A stretch of DNA of 37,291 bases from an uncultured virus (IMG/VR IMGVR_UViG_3300042516_001356) (IMGVR_UViG_3300042516_001356), one strand, 5' to 3'. Positions 8,901-18,533 are shown, counted from the first letter of the stretch. Translations and numbers: made by a program. The notes: generated by a model not told the origin, from the sequence alone.

Positions 8901-10279
8901 GTATGTCTTCAGAAGCAATAGAATTAAGCATTATGATTGACGAACAAGCAATTAATAAAATTGAAGATGAGATTAATGGAATTAACTTAAAAATTAAATC
9001 TTATAGTCGCACTCTTGACTCAATCGGTAAACAAGAAAGTATTATTACAGAAACTTATGATAAAAAAATTGAATCTTTAAATAAACAAAAAGACGCTCTT
9101 GAATCAATAAAATCAATAAATTCATTTTTGATTTCACAACAACAAAAACAACTTGGCCTTGCTAACGCATTAACTCAAGGAGATATTTCAGCAGCCGCTT
9201 CAATTGCACAAGAAATGCGAGCAAGTTCAGCAGAGGAAGCCCTTAATAGAATGGGTGGAGGATTAGAAAAAGCAACAAGCAACTTAGAACTAGAAAAACA
9301 AAAAGATTTGTCTTTAGTCACCGCTGTTGTTAATGGTGAAAAGTTAACTAGAAAACAAATTGATGCGAAAATTATTACTTTAAACGATGAAATTTATAAT
9401 ATTGAATTAAAACAACTTGAACCTTTACAAAAACAAGCAGATGCAAAAAAGAAATTGCTTTCTGATCTTGATTTTCAAATTTCAAAAGAACAACAATCAT
9501 TAACAATTAATGGAATGACAAGGGCTGAGTGGGACTTTATACAAAGATATACAGATGCAACAAATAAACATCTGAATCAAATAGTAATTGATATAGACAA
9601 GGTTGCCACTTCTTCCACCACAGCAGCAGGTGCGTGGACAAGTATTCTTGCTTCAATGAAGGCTGCATCATCGCTTTCAGGAGCAGTGCCTAGCCCTACA
9701 GCAAAAACTGCAGGTCCTGCAGACTATGATAAAATGCAAAAAGATTTAACAAAAGAATTTACAGATAGGGGAATAGCATCAGGTCCAGCATCAGGCTTGG
9801 CCGCATCATCTGTTAGATTACAGGCCCAAGCCGATGCTTATTTTAAAGCAAATCCAAACATTGATCCATTTACTGGAGCACAGAAGAAAATGTATGGTGG
9901 AAAAATTTTATCTATGGCTATGGGAGGACTAGTTCCTAAATATATGGCTAATGGTGGATCAATTGGCTCTGATACCGTGCCAGCAATGCTCACCCCTGGC
10001 GAGTTTGTAATGAACAAAAAAGCAACCCAGCAGTTTGGCCCATTGCTATCAATGTTGAATGAGTCAAAATATCCTTCAATGATTGGCAATAGAAATAGTG
10101 CCCAGGTTCCAGTTAATAGTATTTCTACATCAATGAATGATAATTCTACAGCAGTGTATAATTATAGTCTGGGATTTAATATTAACGGAAGTAACTCAAA
10201 TCCAAATGATATTGCTAGGGCAGTAATAAGAGAAATTAAAAATGTTGATTCACAAAGAATTCGGGGGCAAAGAATATAA
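2912..10279 (+). CDS. Tape measure protein
   Basis: 2455 aa, Ala-rich and helical, with a TP901-type TMP core (~aa 210-450), several hydrophobic segments and a C-terminal GSDTVPAMLTPGEFV motif. It follows the chaperones. Confidence 0.95.
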   Translation: MSDVNAKIGVQIDTSQALAELKGLQRQLALFHTSVSKGSASAAAQQRNMQQNLLNSINATGKFSAQMGVVRTSTESFTHSLEKNKLSMREYFRFAGGSTKTFGRLFKTEFDTIGKVAQERVKKLQTQYIKLGRDASGAMKAISVTPTSLNMKDYGTQIAMAAQKQALFNQLLKQGSTNLLNFGKNTQWAGRQLMVGFTIPLVYLGTVAGRTFMDLEKQAIRFKRVYGDVFTTTEQTNEALENIKQLAESFTKYGVAVVDTMKMAADAAAMGKTGAELTAQVAQATRLAVLGGVEQSQALETTISVTNAFGIAAEDLAKKIDFLNAVENQTVVSIEDLTIAIPKAGPVVKQLGGDVEDLAFFLTAMKEGGINASEGANALKSGLASLINPTKKASAMLAGFGININAIVEGNQGNIRQTVIDFSRALDTLDPLNRARAIEQLFGKFQFSRLSTLFQNVTKDGTQASKVLALTTNSVEQLAIMSERELGVLENAVGTKFKKAIEDLKLTLAPIGKTFLEAVTPIAQSIAGLLDKFNNLGDGTKKFIVVATTLVGVIGPVLLMTFGLLLNAVANGIKLFAVMRSGFLRLGGNSKILAEQTNYLSVEQLEAATIAASLNQRHTQLTQQFVMEAGSLKLLRQAYIDATAAAARFAATNPGMMLPGFRGIKGGGTQKFSSGTTGVVGGESGKDSVPALLTPGEAVVPEPIAQDDRFKPLVAALVSGKIAQYNGGTTGVKPGLAFGHAVDYRQVSGANVSDKFRQLGFGRENLYTSVGFDIPKEMNAQLNRTNSRVNIDDYRKALLNNNSLRTMTLSLAKRGIPDREAYKVAQQIRGNLLKSLSGLPSGTLINDKMIYSRMGNERTGIMGALAKSGDPIISKAARSLLGAASTSAVGGSKIATNKLKPIDDVIKAVQKTRSNPVLVKKLNELKKLNPNLQIPTSLNSAGEIVAYRRPEITGGKVTGNNVMNGLVDGKFRSQREFLGGGRQVLKITKSMNDTFDRLISKQPQKETVAVRARGEFKRDSSGKLTALTGQNTERKPASVGTTSRNIADNRTTTLGPKETVVQRIRRIRGFADAQKVDSKGVPLSEATSKLAMGPRGLIAKQQQEIKKQNESIKQSTQATDDLTKQTKTAKQSLTAFSSKATMGLGAISGLTIAASFAGGKLGEMAQTIMPFVFGLQGIAMILPLLANPLVAVVAGFALVGGVIYKMGKDLEKARLEGINLAKSMSMTSEKLTALSVIAGTVSASEEAARRRKNIVSGTVEGQRQFGQNTLESEFGKGILADIEKQSKSGKSIKEISQNLANNLAVAVAQGAVTTSQARSISAALGEKLGSYEIPALVSGKLVSLLGPNGENLATDPLQVTLQIQKDSMQRQADSFRTAVDGAISESTGPNVLARVAGFGLIAAGAAAAVLTAGAAAVPGAALAATGAGLMLGGEADANKRKSVNVKLAAAAVELGIQEVAQNQGLVDSLNKQYDLKLKSAKTEQEIKTIEDQRKAGLATLNASNANALNLLVKQRDQLGGEAFTKGIKAAADAMYKEGPMAVFKDQALDALNNLKDSEFKTELQVGLASGQVGPAVITKILSTAAGNKGFETAFSLLVDKQGLADAALIAELLPSEGATDTTRALMLGYINNNSEDFDKDMQALSFLNQINPTYGITLDLKANGIQQLATATNALKQIEGLDPTLTKDVVAKLAEEKPGEWKAFYDQWTILSEGKDFVNKNLKVAFDVVSNDPNFKGFEGAAGKSAAEIIAKGGILPGAIPGGGVVEDKGPGKRDTVLDDLLLKLKLFRKESVNALGGWKELVKQLGSGKSINAFKGTTNQLQGMGANESLVQFAEGLGAEEAGKFFDKITSKAKNGKLVLNDYGKSLNRLFPTVQAGIYLRQQDQITREQTTQNKALSMLRARGVDAATALELTADAAQAAAIVSKDLDGKDLEKMIDRTKKATAATKEFEKALKATQFEADELSEGGAEALSENFDYQFIEIQKKAKDSFKKINGMSSEAIELSIMIDEQAINKIEDEINGINLKIKSYSRTLDSIGKQESIITETYDKKIESLNKQKDALESIKSINSFLISQQQKQLGLANALTQGDISAAASIAQEMRASSAEEALNRMGGGLEKATSNLELEKQKDLSLVTAVVNGEKLTRKQIDAKIITLNDEIYNIELKQLEPLQKQADAKKKLLSDLDFQISKEQQSLTINGMTRAEWDFIQRYTDATNKHLNQIVIDIDKVATSSTTAAGAWTSILASMKAASSLSGAVPSPTAKTAGPADYDKMQKDLTKEFTDRGIASGPASGLAASSVRLQAQADAYFKANPNIDPFTGAQKKMYGGKILSMAMGGLVPKYMANGGSIGSDTVPAMLTPGEFVMNKKATQQFGPLLSMLNESKYPSMIGNRNSAQVPVNSISTSMNDNSTAVYNYSLGFNINGSNSNPNDIARAVIREIKNVDSQRIRGQRI

Positions 10280-10914
10280 TGGCTACTAGTGCCTATCTAA
10301 CAGGTAGACGTAGATATACAAGACCCCAGGGTATCTTATGGGCAAACAACCCTGGAACCCTCTCTAATGGCCTATACGTGCCCAATGGGATAGAGGTAGG
10401 AGCATCTACGGGAGAAACAAATCCAAGCCTGTTAGACCAGTTTATTATTTTATCTGATCACAATAGGGGTGATATGCAATTTAATACCCAAAGAATTGAG
10501 CAACGCCAAAGAACAATTAATGGTCGTATGCGTTCATATCATATTGCAGACAAACTAACCATGTCTGTGTCTTGGAACATGTTGCCATCAAGAGCCTATA
10601 GTGCTGATCCAGCATTTAATACATCAACTGGCATATCTCCAAGTGAAGGATCTAAAACAGAGTACACAGCAGATGGCGGTGCAGGTGGAGTAGAACTTCT
10701 TGATTGGTATGAGACACATCAAGGTCCATTTTTTATGTACCTTGCTTATGATAAATATACAAATTTAGATGGGGAAAATTATCAATATACTGGTTTGAAT
10801 AGATATAACCAAATTATTCAAGTTTACTTTGCAGATTTTAATTATTCCGTGATAAAGCGTGGAGCGACAAATCATGACCTTTGGAACATATCGGTAACCT
10901 TGGAAGAAGTTTAA
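10279..10914 (+). CDS. Minor tail protein (distal-tail/Dit-like)
   Basis: 211 aa directly after the TMP (TAATG overlap). Contains RTINGRMRSY and ends WNISVTLEEV, as distal tail proteins typically do. Confidence 0.7.
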   Translation: MATSAYLTGRRRYTRPQGILWANNPGTLSNGLYVPNGIEVGASTGETNPSLLDQFIILSDHNRGDMQFNTQRIEQRQRTINGRMRSYHIADKLTMSVSWNMLPSRAYSADPAFNTSTGISPSEGSKTEYTADGGAGGVELLDWYETHQGPFFMYLAYDKYTNLDGENYQYTGLNRYNQIIQVYFADFNYSVIKRGATNHDLWNISVTLEEV

Positions 10915-13900
10915 ATGTTTGAAAGCACCGAACTAAAAAACCATTTTGAAACATCTGCAACAATACAAACAGAATCCCTAGTTTTGGCTGAGTGGAACAT
11001 GAATATGCCAGATAATATATTTAAACTTGGCAATTATAGATATAGATCTCAAGAGCAAAGTTCTAAATTTTTAACATTACCAAACACATTTGATAACGCA
11101 GACACTGGGTTATTTTATACTGGTGCAACAGACGCTGATGTTATCATTGACGGAGGATTTGAAAATAATGAAACACCACAAATTTTTACATCTATAAAAG
11201 AAAAAAATAAACTTTTATACTCACTAGAAGATTGCGTAAAACCATTCAGGCCAAGATCTGGTATTAACAAAGCAGTTGCCTTTAAAGGAAAGTTTTTATC
11301 AAACTCTGGCAGTGACCTTGCAAGAAGGCCAAGATATTATATGGCATCACGCTATGATCAATTTAAATATTTTACATCTTTTAGAACTGAAAGTGGTATT
11401 GAAAGAGGTATTGCTAAAATAATTGTTAATGGCAATTACTATATAGATGATGCCGTACCGTTTGTAGTTTATAAAAAAAATGTACCAGCAAACCGAATTA
11501 TTGTAAAAATGCAAACTAATGTTGGAGATATAGACTTGGGAGATTTTACCGATATATCTAAAACTTTTGCAGATCCATTTTTTGGTAATGAAAATAAGAC
11601 AACACCAACAAGATGGAAAATTCAGTACCTTGAAGAAAATAATTGGACAGATGCTTACGTATTTACTGAAAATGATACTCGCAATGATGGATCTCCTATT
11701 ATTGCTTCTGACGGCTATGTTGAGTTACAGTATGGAGTAAAAAATATTCCAAGTATTTTTGAAGACAATTTTATTCATGTTGATACAATTTCATCATCTA
11801 CTTTGTTGCCAAAAGAATCAATAAATGGATACGCATATTTAGTTATTGCAAACGAAAATGAAGTTGGAACATATAGTGTTTGGAATAGCACTACAGAAGA
11901 ATATGAAACATTTGCTCCAGTTTACGGCTGGGTATTAGGAAACGAAGAAATTAATAATAAAACAACTTTTGTTACAGATCTTACAAATCCATTATCTTTT
12001 CAAGAAACAACAAACGGTAAAACTTTTTACAGAGAATTTCAAAATCTTCGTGGTCTAAGAATTGTTGTAGAGAGAATGAACAAATTTGACTCTACTTTTG
12101 ATTTAATTGAAATGTCACCAAGACTGATTGTTGATTTATCTAATAAAACAATTGAATACAGTGTTAAAAAAATTCTTTCCGATCTTGGAACATCTGCTTT
12201 GCCAGTAGGACAGTTACTTGCCTCAACTGGAAGCATGTCTCTGTTTGATGATGATCAAGCATTTAATGAAAACAATACTAATAGCATAGTTAGTGATTAT
12301 GTTCGTAAAAATATTAAATTTAATTTTTATGAAAAAATATTAAATGTAAGTGGGTTTGACTATTGGGTCCCAATTAAAACACTTTACTCCGATGGATTTC
12401 CACAAGCAGATGTCACTGCGGGTACGTTAGAAATATCTTTAAGAGATTTTTATTTTTTCTTAGAATCTATGCCTGCTCCAAGAATGTTAGTAACAGAAGT
12501 ATCACTTAGTTATGCAATTAGTTTAATCCTTGATTACATTGGATTTAGCAACTATGCATTTTATAGAACAGTTAATGAGCCAGATCCAATCATTCCATAT
12601 TTTTTTATTGCTCCAGACCAAACGGTAGCAGAAGTGTTAAACCAACTTGCAGTTTCTACACAAACAGCAATGTTTTTTGATGAATACAATAATTTTATTG
12701 TAATGAGCAAAAATTACATGCTTCCAAATTTAAATGATAGAGCATCCAGCATGGTTTTATCTGGAACTAACAACCAATCTATTAGTGGTATTGTTGAAAA
12801 TTTTTCATCTGGAACACTTCCAAACATTATTTCAATTGCCTCACAAGACAAAAAAGTTTATAATAATGGAAAAATTAATTACACTACTAGGTATATACAA
12901 AGATCATATGGTTCTATTCGCCAAGCAAGTATGATTGATATAGACAAAACTTGGATCTACAAACCTGCACTTTTATGGGAAGTATCTGGAACAGACTCAA
13001 CTAAAACAATTAATGAAGTTGCGTCTAAACAAGGAAAATATGTTTTGGGTGCAATGCCATTAAGTTCGGACCTTACTGCATCTGCACCAAGCGTAGTTAA
13101 TCATAAAATAGTAAACAATGTTTTTGATGTTGGAGAAAATATTTATTGGCTTACAAGATACCAAGGATATTTTTATTCTAATGGAGAAGTTATTAGATAT
13201 GATGCTGCCCAATTTAACGTTACTCTTGCAATTTGGTATCCAATATTATCGGACGGTATAAATCTAGATGACTCTAAACCACAAATAGTTTTACCTGGAA
13301 GACTAGCCCCAACAGGTGTTATTGATGGATTAGACAAGAAGGTTGCAAATGGAGAAATTACAGAAGCACAAAAGGGTGAAGAAATTCAGGCATGGAGGGC
13401 ATCTCATAAGCAAGGTAGTAGCAATGTGTGGATTACAAATAATCAAGAATATCAAAATTTTTTTAGATCACTACCGTTTAATGGAAAAATATATCCGACT
13501 GGCTTAATAAGGATTTATACAGTTCCATTTTATGAAGAAATTGAAGGTATTACTCGCTTACAAAATGGTGCAGTTTATGAGCATGGTCGTGCTCAATTTG
13601 GAACAACTATAACAGATCATACGGCTGGAATAAATTCTTATTGGTCAGACAATTCTTATGTTAGAGGTTGTGAAATGCAAACTGAATATTTATTTACAAC
13701 CACCCTACTTGAAGATATTTCTTTACCAGCAACTACTACTGGGGCAGCAGGAGTTAATAATTCTAAGGCTCAACAAACTTTAAGAAATGGAACAATTAAA
13801 AATTTTATGTCTTCAAGTTATACAACAGAAACTTCAGTTAATTCAACTACATCTCCTAAAACTGGAACAATTCAATCATCAGCGCTAGTAATGAATGGTC

Positions 13901-15423
13901 CAACTTTTGAAACAACAGAAACTCCAATTAATCTAGTTTCTTATGTTTATAAAGAATTAGACAATTCCTACAAACATTTTGGAACAAGAATACGTATTAT
14001 TGGAAAAATTGAAAATAACGAACGCCGTAGTCAAACGCCAAACGGAAGCACAACATATTATCAAGTTGCTGGAGTTCAACCAGACCAAAACGTAAGTATT
14101 GGTGGTGGCTCAGGTGGCCTTGCAGTATTGCTTAATCCAACCACTAACAATGGGTACTATTTTGAAATTGCTGCACTAACAGAAGACAATATAGAGTCAT
14201 ACTTAAAATTAGACAAAGAAAATAAATCAAACATTTCTATCAACAACGTTGTATTTTATAAAATTAAAAAAGATGCATCAAATAATGATGCAATTCCTGT
14301 AAAACTTTATGGAGGTCTATCAAAAATTATAGTTGACGATGGAAGGTTTACTGGCCAATATAGAATGACTGGCGAAGAAAATCCAACGGTATATGATTTA
14401 GCAGTAGAGTACCAAGATATAGGAAAAATAAGAAGATTTTATTTATACATTAATAATCAATTAATTAAGGTTGTAGATGATCCAGATCCACTTCCAATAT
14501 ATAATAATATGGCTCCGTTTGTCCGTGGATCATCTAGAGTAATGTTTGAAAACATATACGCTCTATCTCAAAACTATTCTCAAAATACTGTATTTACAGT
14601 TGGAGAAACGCTATCTTCCGCCTTTGGCGACAACGAAATAAGCGCTAGTGAGTCTTTAAGAAAATATGCAATGAGTGGTATTGTTCAGGCAACTTATTTA
14701 TCTGGAATTAGTTCTCAACAACCACCTAAATATAATTTATATTTTGATGAATTTGGCTCAATAATGAGAGAGTGCGCCTATTTTGATATTAAATATGATC
14801 GTGCATACCCTGCGCTTTATGCCAAATTATCGCCAACATTTAATAACATTAAGGGATATGTTTCATCTGGCTTTTATGCAGACTCATATGGTGCTGAGTT
14901 TTTAATATTTAACGCTACAGACACAGCATTAAATCTTGATGAGACAAGCGGTAATTATTTAAGAATTCAGGGTATAACATTTACACAGGATACCACTCAT
15001 GAATTAACTGTTGACGAGTACTTTAAAAAACGTGGCAATTTTTCTAATCCATTATTAACTGGATCTTCTCAAATTGTTTCTCCACAAGTTGAAAAACAAA
15101 AGTTTGATGAAATTAAAAGAAGCAGGATGATTTACGGAAATAACGAGTTTACTTTAGATACCCCATACATACAAACACAGGATGATGCAGAAAATTTAAT
15201 GGGCTGGACAATAAATAAACTTATGTTTCCTAAAAAATTAATCGGTTTAAAAATATTTGCAACTCCAACAATTCAACTAGGAGATATACTAACAATTAAC
15301 TATAAAGATTCTAATAATTTAGATTTGGTTACTTCAGATAACTCTAGATTTATAGTTTATAATATTGAATATACAAGAAAAATAAATGGTCCAGATATGA
15401 CTATTTATTTAGCGGAGGTGTAA
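10915..15423 (+). CDS. Large minor tail / tail-tip (hub/central fibre-like) protein
   Basis: 1502 aa, beta-rich, second gene after the TMP. The C-terminus (PYIQ...PTIQLGDILTI) resembles tail-tip hub proteins. Confidence 0.75.
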   Translation: MFESTELKNHFETSATIQTESLVLAEWNMNMPDNIFKLGNYRYRSQEQSSKFLTLPNTFDNADTGLFYTGATDADVIIDGGFENNETPQIFTSIKEKNKLLYSLEDCVKPFRPRSGINKAVAFKGKFLSNSGSDLARRPRYYMASRYDQFKYFTSFRTESGIERGIAKIIVNGNYYIDDAVPFVVYKKNVPANRIIVKMQTNVGDIDLGDFTDISKTFADPFFGNENKTTPTRWKIQYLEENNWTDAYVFTENDTRNDGSPIIASDGYVELQYGVKNIPSIFEDNFIHVDTISSSTLLPKESINGYAYLVIANENEVGTYSVWNSTTEEYETFAPVYGWVLGNEEINNKTTFVTDLTNPLSFQETTNGKTFYREFQNLRGLRIVVERMNKFDSTFDLIEMSPRLIVDLSNKTIEYSVKKILSDLGTSALPVGQLLASTGSMSLFDDDQAFNENNTNSIVSDYVRKNIKFNFYEKILNVSGFDYWVPIKTLYSDGFPQADVTAGTLEISLRDFYFFLESMPAPRMLVTEVSLSYAISLILDYIGFSNYAFYRTVNEPDPIIPYFFIAPDQTVAEVLNQLAVSTQTAMFFDEYNNFIVMSKNYMLPNLNDRASSMVLSGTNNQSISGIVENFSSGTLPNIISIASQDKKVYNNGKINYTTRYIQRSYGSIRQASMIDIDKTWIYKPALLWEVSGTDSTKTINEVASKQGKYVLGAMPLSSDLTASAPSVVNHKIVNNVFDVGENIYWLTRYQGYFYSNGEVIRYDAAQFNVTLAIWYPILSDGINLDDSKPQIVLPGRLAPTGVIDGLDKKVANGEITEAQKGEEIQAWRASHKQGSSNVWITNNQEYQNFFRSLPFNGKIYPTGLIRIYTVPFYEEIEGITRLQNGAVYEHGRAQFGTTITDHTAGINSYWSDNSYVRGCEMQTEYLFTTTLLEDISLPATTTGAAGVNNSKAQQTLRNGTIKNFMSSSYTTETSVNSTTSPKTGTIQSSALVMNGPTFETTETPINLVSYVYKELDNSYKHFGTRIRIIGKIENNERRSQTPNGSTTYYQVAGVQPDQNVSIGGGSGGLAVLLNPTTNNGYYFEIAALTEDNIESYLKLDKENKSNISINNVVFYKIKKDASNNDAIPVKLYGGLSKIIVDDGRFTGQYRMTGEENPTVYDLAVEYQDIGKIRRFYLYINNQLIKVVDDPDPLPIYNNMAPFVRGSSRVMFENIYALSQNYSQNTVFTVGETLSSAFGDNEISASESLRKYAMSGIVQATYLSGISSQQPPKYNLYFDEFGSIMRECAYFDIKYDRAYPALYAKLSPTFNNIKGYVSSGFYADSYGAEFLIFNATDTALNLDETSGNYLRIQGITFTQDTTHELTVDEYFKKRGNFSNPLLTGSSQIVSPQVEKQKFDEIKRSRMIYGNNEFTLDTPYIQTQDDAENLMGWTINKLMFPKKLIGLKIFATPTIQLGDILTINYKDSNNLDLVTSDNSRFIVYNIEYTRKINGPDMTIYLAEV

Positions 15424-15424
15424 T

Positions 15425-16291
15425 ATGGCAAAACCATTTACTCCTACTTCTGCTGGAGTGCCAAACGTAAGAAAAGAATTTGAAAAAAGAGAAGCAGCAA
15501 AAAAAGCCGAAGCAATTGCTGTTGAAGCAAAGAGAGATGCTAATAAAGCAAACATAAGAGAAGATCGTCTAAATTTTACCCCAACGCCAATCGCAAAAAC
15601 TCAAACAGTTCCTACAAAATCTTCTGCTGTTCAGTCAACATCATCAAATAAATTATTTATTGGACCTATACCGATGGGAACTGTTCGTACAGCAACTGGG
15701 TATGAGCCAGCAACAGTTAAAAAAGAATCTGAACCAGGAAAAGTTAAGCAAGAAACTGTAGTTGCAAATACAGGACAAACTACTTTTATGACAGGTGCAA
15801 TAGTTGCAATACCACAAACTCCAAACTTGTCAGTAACAGTCTCTCCACCTCCACCACCAGTTAAAACTGCAACATTAGATATTATTTTATTTGATGAAGA
15901 AGTTGTTACAACAGACGGAATGTTTGATCAAATATTTGAAAATATTGGCGGACAAGAATTAATTAATATAACAAGGTCTGATATTGTTAATGGTCAAAAA
16001 ATATCATATCAACCAATTAAAAACCTTTCAGCCATTCAACAAATATATAATTCAAACAATATTATTAGTCTTCAACAAACCTCAGATAAATTTTTTGCTG
16101 GATTTTCAATTAAATTAGAGGACAAAATTCCAGAAACTGGCAACGGGACTAATGGAGAAAACGTGTACCTTAACGCAACAGGAGACTTAATTATTGAATT
16201 TATTAATATAAATCCTGATGAACAAATAGAAACACAGATTAGCGTAAGTGGTACAATATATGAAGCAGATCTTGGAGACTACGCCTCATGA
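15425..16291 (+). CDS. Putative minor tail protein
   Basis: 288 aa in the tail-tip module. It has a low-complexity basic N-half, a PPPPP linker and an acidic globular C-half. Confidence 0.55.
   Translation: MAKPFTPTSAGVPNVRKEFEKREAAKKAEAIAVEAKRDANKANIREDRLNFTPTPIAKTQTVPTKSSAVQSTSSNKLFIGPIPMGTVRTATGYEPATVKKESEPGKVKQETVVANTGQTTFMTGAIVAIPQTPNLSVTVSPPPPPVKTATLDIILFDEEVVTTDGMFDQIFENIGGQELINITRSDIVNGQKISYQPIKNLSAIQQIYNSNNIISLQQTSDKFFAGFSIKLEDKIPETGNGTNGENVYLNATGDLIIEFININPDEQIETQISVSGTIYEADLGDYAS
16249..16257 (+). promoter_or_regulatory. Candidate internal extended -10 promoter (TGG-TACAAT)
   Basis: Matches TGnTAnAAT about 30 nt before the start at 16288, with SD GGAG in between. Confidence 0.4.
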
Positions 16292-17448
16292 TAACTAATA
16301 CTGGTAAATCTATTATTGCAAAATATTTACTTGGTCAGGCCCCTGCCTATGCCTCGTATATTGCTATTGGTTGTGGTGCTACCCCACTAGATACTGCCGA
16401 TGAAATTGGCGACTATTCAACAAAAACAAATTTAAATTTTGAAATGTTTCGTGTTCCAATATCTTCTAGAGGCTTTGTAAACGAAGACGGTGTAGATAAA
16501 ATTGTTTTGACAGCAGAACTACCAACAGAAGAAAGATATGAAATATCTGAAATTGGAATATATTCTGCAGGTTCTAACCCATCTGCGGGAGCATATGATA
16601 GTAAAACAGTTTTTGCTTTTACACAAACAGAAAACTGGCAATATGTAACAGCAGCATCTGCAGTAGCAATTAATACAGAATCCAATGCGTTAGATGCCCC
16701 AAACTATGACAACATTATCGCTATAGCAAATCCAGTATTTCAAACAAACGCAGATAACCCAATATTTTTTAAATCACCAAGAGTTGCAAGATATGAAAGA
16801 CCAAGATTTTTAAATAATGTAATTATGATAAAAGGCAATGAGGCTGATCTTGATATTGAATCAGATAGCGGTCCAACACAAGATACTTTTCAAATAGGAG
16901 CAGGATCAAACTATATTAGATTAAGCGGAGCAACGGTTGACTTTACAAGAAATGCTCCAACAGATGAACTAAGATTGGCATTTTCAATAATAAATAGAGA
17001 TGGAACATATGGGGCTGGCACTCAACCAGAAAGAGCAAGAGTTTTAGTTTCATTTGAAAATACAAGTGGAACACAATTTGCAAGACTTGAAGCAGAAGTT
17101 GCAGATGACAGTAGTGGTGGACAACATGATTTTGCTACAGAAAGGTACTTTGTTGTAACAAAACAACTTCAACAACTATATAGAACATCTGGATTTGATT
17201 GGAATGATGTTTCTGTAGTTAAAATATACGCATGTGTTATTGATGGAGTTAATCCATCGGGAAACTATTATGTAGCCCTAGATGCTTTAAAACTAGAAAA
17301 TGTTGCTACAGTAAATCCACTTTATGGATTAACAGGATACTCAGTTATTCAAACTTCAGGCGCAGCAACTATAGTTAAGAGTCCCAATACCAGTAACTAT
17401 GTTGAATTTAGATTTTCAGTAGATCTTTCTAGTGGAAATAATTCATAA
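16288..17448 (+). CDS. Minor tail / baseplate-fibre attachment protein
   Basis: The N-terminus MITNTGKSIIAKYLLG...YIAIGCG...EIGIY resembles tail-fibre/collar N-terminal domains. ATGA overlap with the upstream gene. Confidence 0.65.
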   Translation: MITNTGKSIIAKYLLGQAPAYASYIAIGCGATPLDTADEIGDYSTKTNLNFEMFRVPISSRGFVNEDGVDKIVLTAELPTEERYEISEIGIYSAGSNPSAGAYDSKTVFAFTQTENWQYVTAASAVAINTESNALDAPNYDNIIAIANPVFQTNADNPIFFKSPRVARYERPRFLNNVIMIKGNEADLDIESDSGPTQDTFQIGAGSNYIRLSGATVDFTRNAPTDELRLAFSIINRDGTYGAGTQPERARVLVSFENTSGTQFARLEAEVADDSSGGQHDFATERYFVVTKQLQQLYRTSGFDWNDVSVVKIYACVIDGVNPSGNYYVALDALKLENVATVNPLYGLTGYSVIQTSGAATIVKSPNTSNYVEFRFSVDLSSGNNS

Positions 17449-17873
17449 TGGCTGATGCAGGAATTAAAAAAGTTATAATTAAAAAAACATCTTTGCCAGC
17501 ACTAGATCATGATAAAGTTGGATACGTTTTTAGATATAGGATTGTTTCTGAAGATAAAAACAGAACCTCTCAATGGTCTCCAATAAATCTTGTATTAGAT
17601 GACTCAATTACCAGCGTTGCTGGAGCCATACAGGTCTCAACCTCGGTTATTAGTGCAGTATGGGGAGATGAATTAAATAGACCAAAGTATGATGTTTTTG
17701 TTGGATTTGATGGGGCTACGGCAACCTATCATGGGACAACACCAATTCACTCATATCAATTTATTAAAACTGGAACCACAAATGTACGTGTAATTATTCA
17801 AGTTGAATCATCTGAAAAAACATTAAATGCCAATTTGCAAATATACAATTCTGGCTTAGTTTCTTTGGTATAA
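17448..17873 (+). CDS. Hypothetical tail-module protein
   Basis: 141 aa, beta-rich, translationally coupled (TAATG). Confidence 0.55.
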   Translation: MADAGIKKVIIKKTSLPALDHDKVGYVFRYRIVSEDKNRTSQWSPINLVLDDSITSVAGAIQVSTSVISAVWGDELNRPKYDVFVGFDGATATYHGTTPIHSYQFIKTGTTNVRVIIQVESSEKTLNANLQIYNSGLVSLV

Positions 17874-17874
17874 T
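17866..17874 (+). promoter_or_regulatory. Extended -10 promoter (TGG-TATAAT)
   Basis: Consensus motif overlapping the upstream stop codon. SD GGAGGA at 17881-17886 precedes ATG 17891. Confidence 0.6.
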
Positions 17875-17890
17875 AAAATAGGAGGAATAA

Positions 17891-18331
17891 ATGGCAAAAG
17901 TACCACTACCAGAAAGAGGGCAACCTCTTGATGTTACATATTTATATCAATTGATTGAGGCTGTAAACGACCTTTCTACAAATGTTGCTTCTAAGCAAAC
18001 AAGTAAAACAATTATTGATACAGCAAGTGCGGGTAAGGCAGAGGTGCAAACTTCTAACACAAGAATAGTTGGCGGTTTGGTTGAAGTTGCAAATAACTCC
18101 ACAGTTTCAGCGGGAAACGAAAGAACATTTACTTATGACTTTAAAGACTTTAAATATCCACCAATAGTATCAGCAACACCAGTTAATACTAGAGGTACTC
18201 CAGCAGGACAAAACGTGAATATTGTTTTAAAAAGCGTTACAGAAACAAGAGTTGAAGGCGTTGTAAGGTTTGGTACCTCTGGTGACCTATCTTTATCAGT
18301 ACACTTAATTATTATCGGAATTCCAAACTGA
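17891..18331 (+). CDS. Small tail fibre / tail-tip protein (H-lectin-like C-terminus)
   Basis: 146 aa. The FTYDFKDFKYPPIVSATP motif resembles C-terminal domains of phage fibre proteins. Last gene of the tail module. Confidence 0.5.
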   Translation: MAKVPLPERGQPLDVTYLYQLIEAVNDLSTNVASKQTSKTIIDTASAGKAEVQTSNTRIVGGLVEVANNSTVSAGNERTFTYDFKDFKYPPIVSATPVNTRGTPAGQNVNIVLKSVTETRVEGVVRFGTSGDLSLSVHLIIIGIPN

Positions 18332-18341
18332 GAATAAAACA

Positions 18342-18533
18342 ATGATTTTTTGTAAAAAATGTAGGGGTAGAGTACTTGTTGACAGACAATATAGTAGTAT
18401 CCAGCATATGGAAACATATTGTGTTATATGTGGATTAAGAAAATTCTTTCATCCGCCAACAGAAAGCGAAGAAGGTAGATGGTTACTAGCAAAGGAATCA
18501 TTCAGAGCCAAGCATACAATAACGAAACTGTAA
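18342..18533 (+). CDS. Small zinc-ribbon protein
   Basis: 63 aa with CKKC...CVIC. Confidence 0.6.
   Translation: MIFCKKCRGRVLVDRQYSSIQHMETYCVICGLRKFFHPPTESEEGRWLLAKESFRAKHTITKL

Noticed and set aside
3043..10089. Many minus-strand ORFs (60-147 aa) opposite the tape measure gene
   Set aside because: These are antisense shadows of Ala/Thr-rich codon usage. They have no start signals or recognisable motifs and lie wholly inside a genuine gene.
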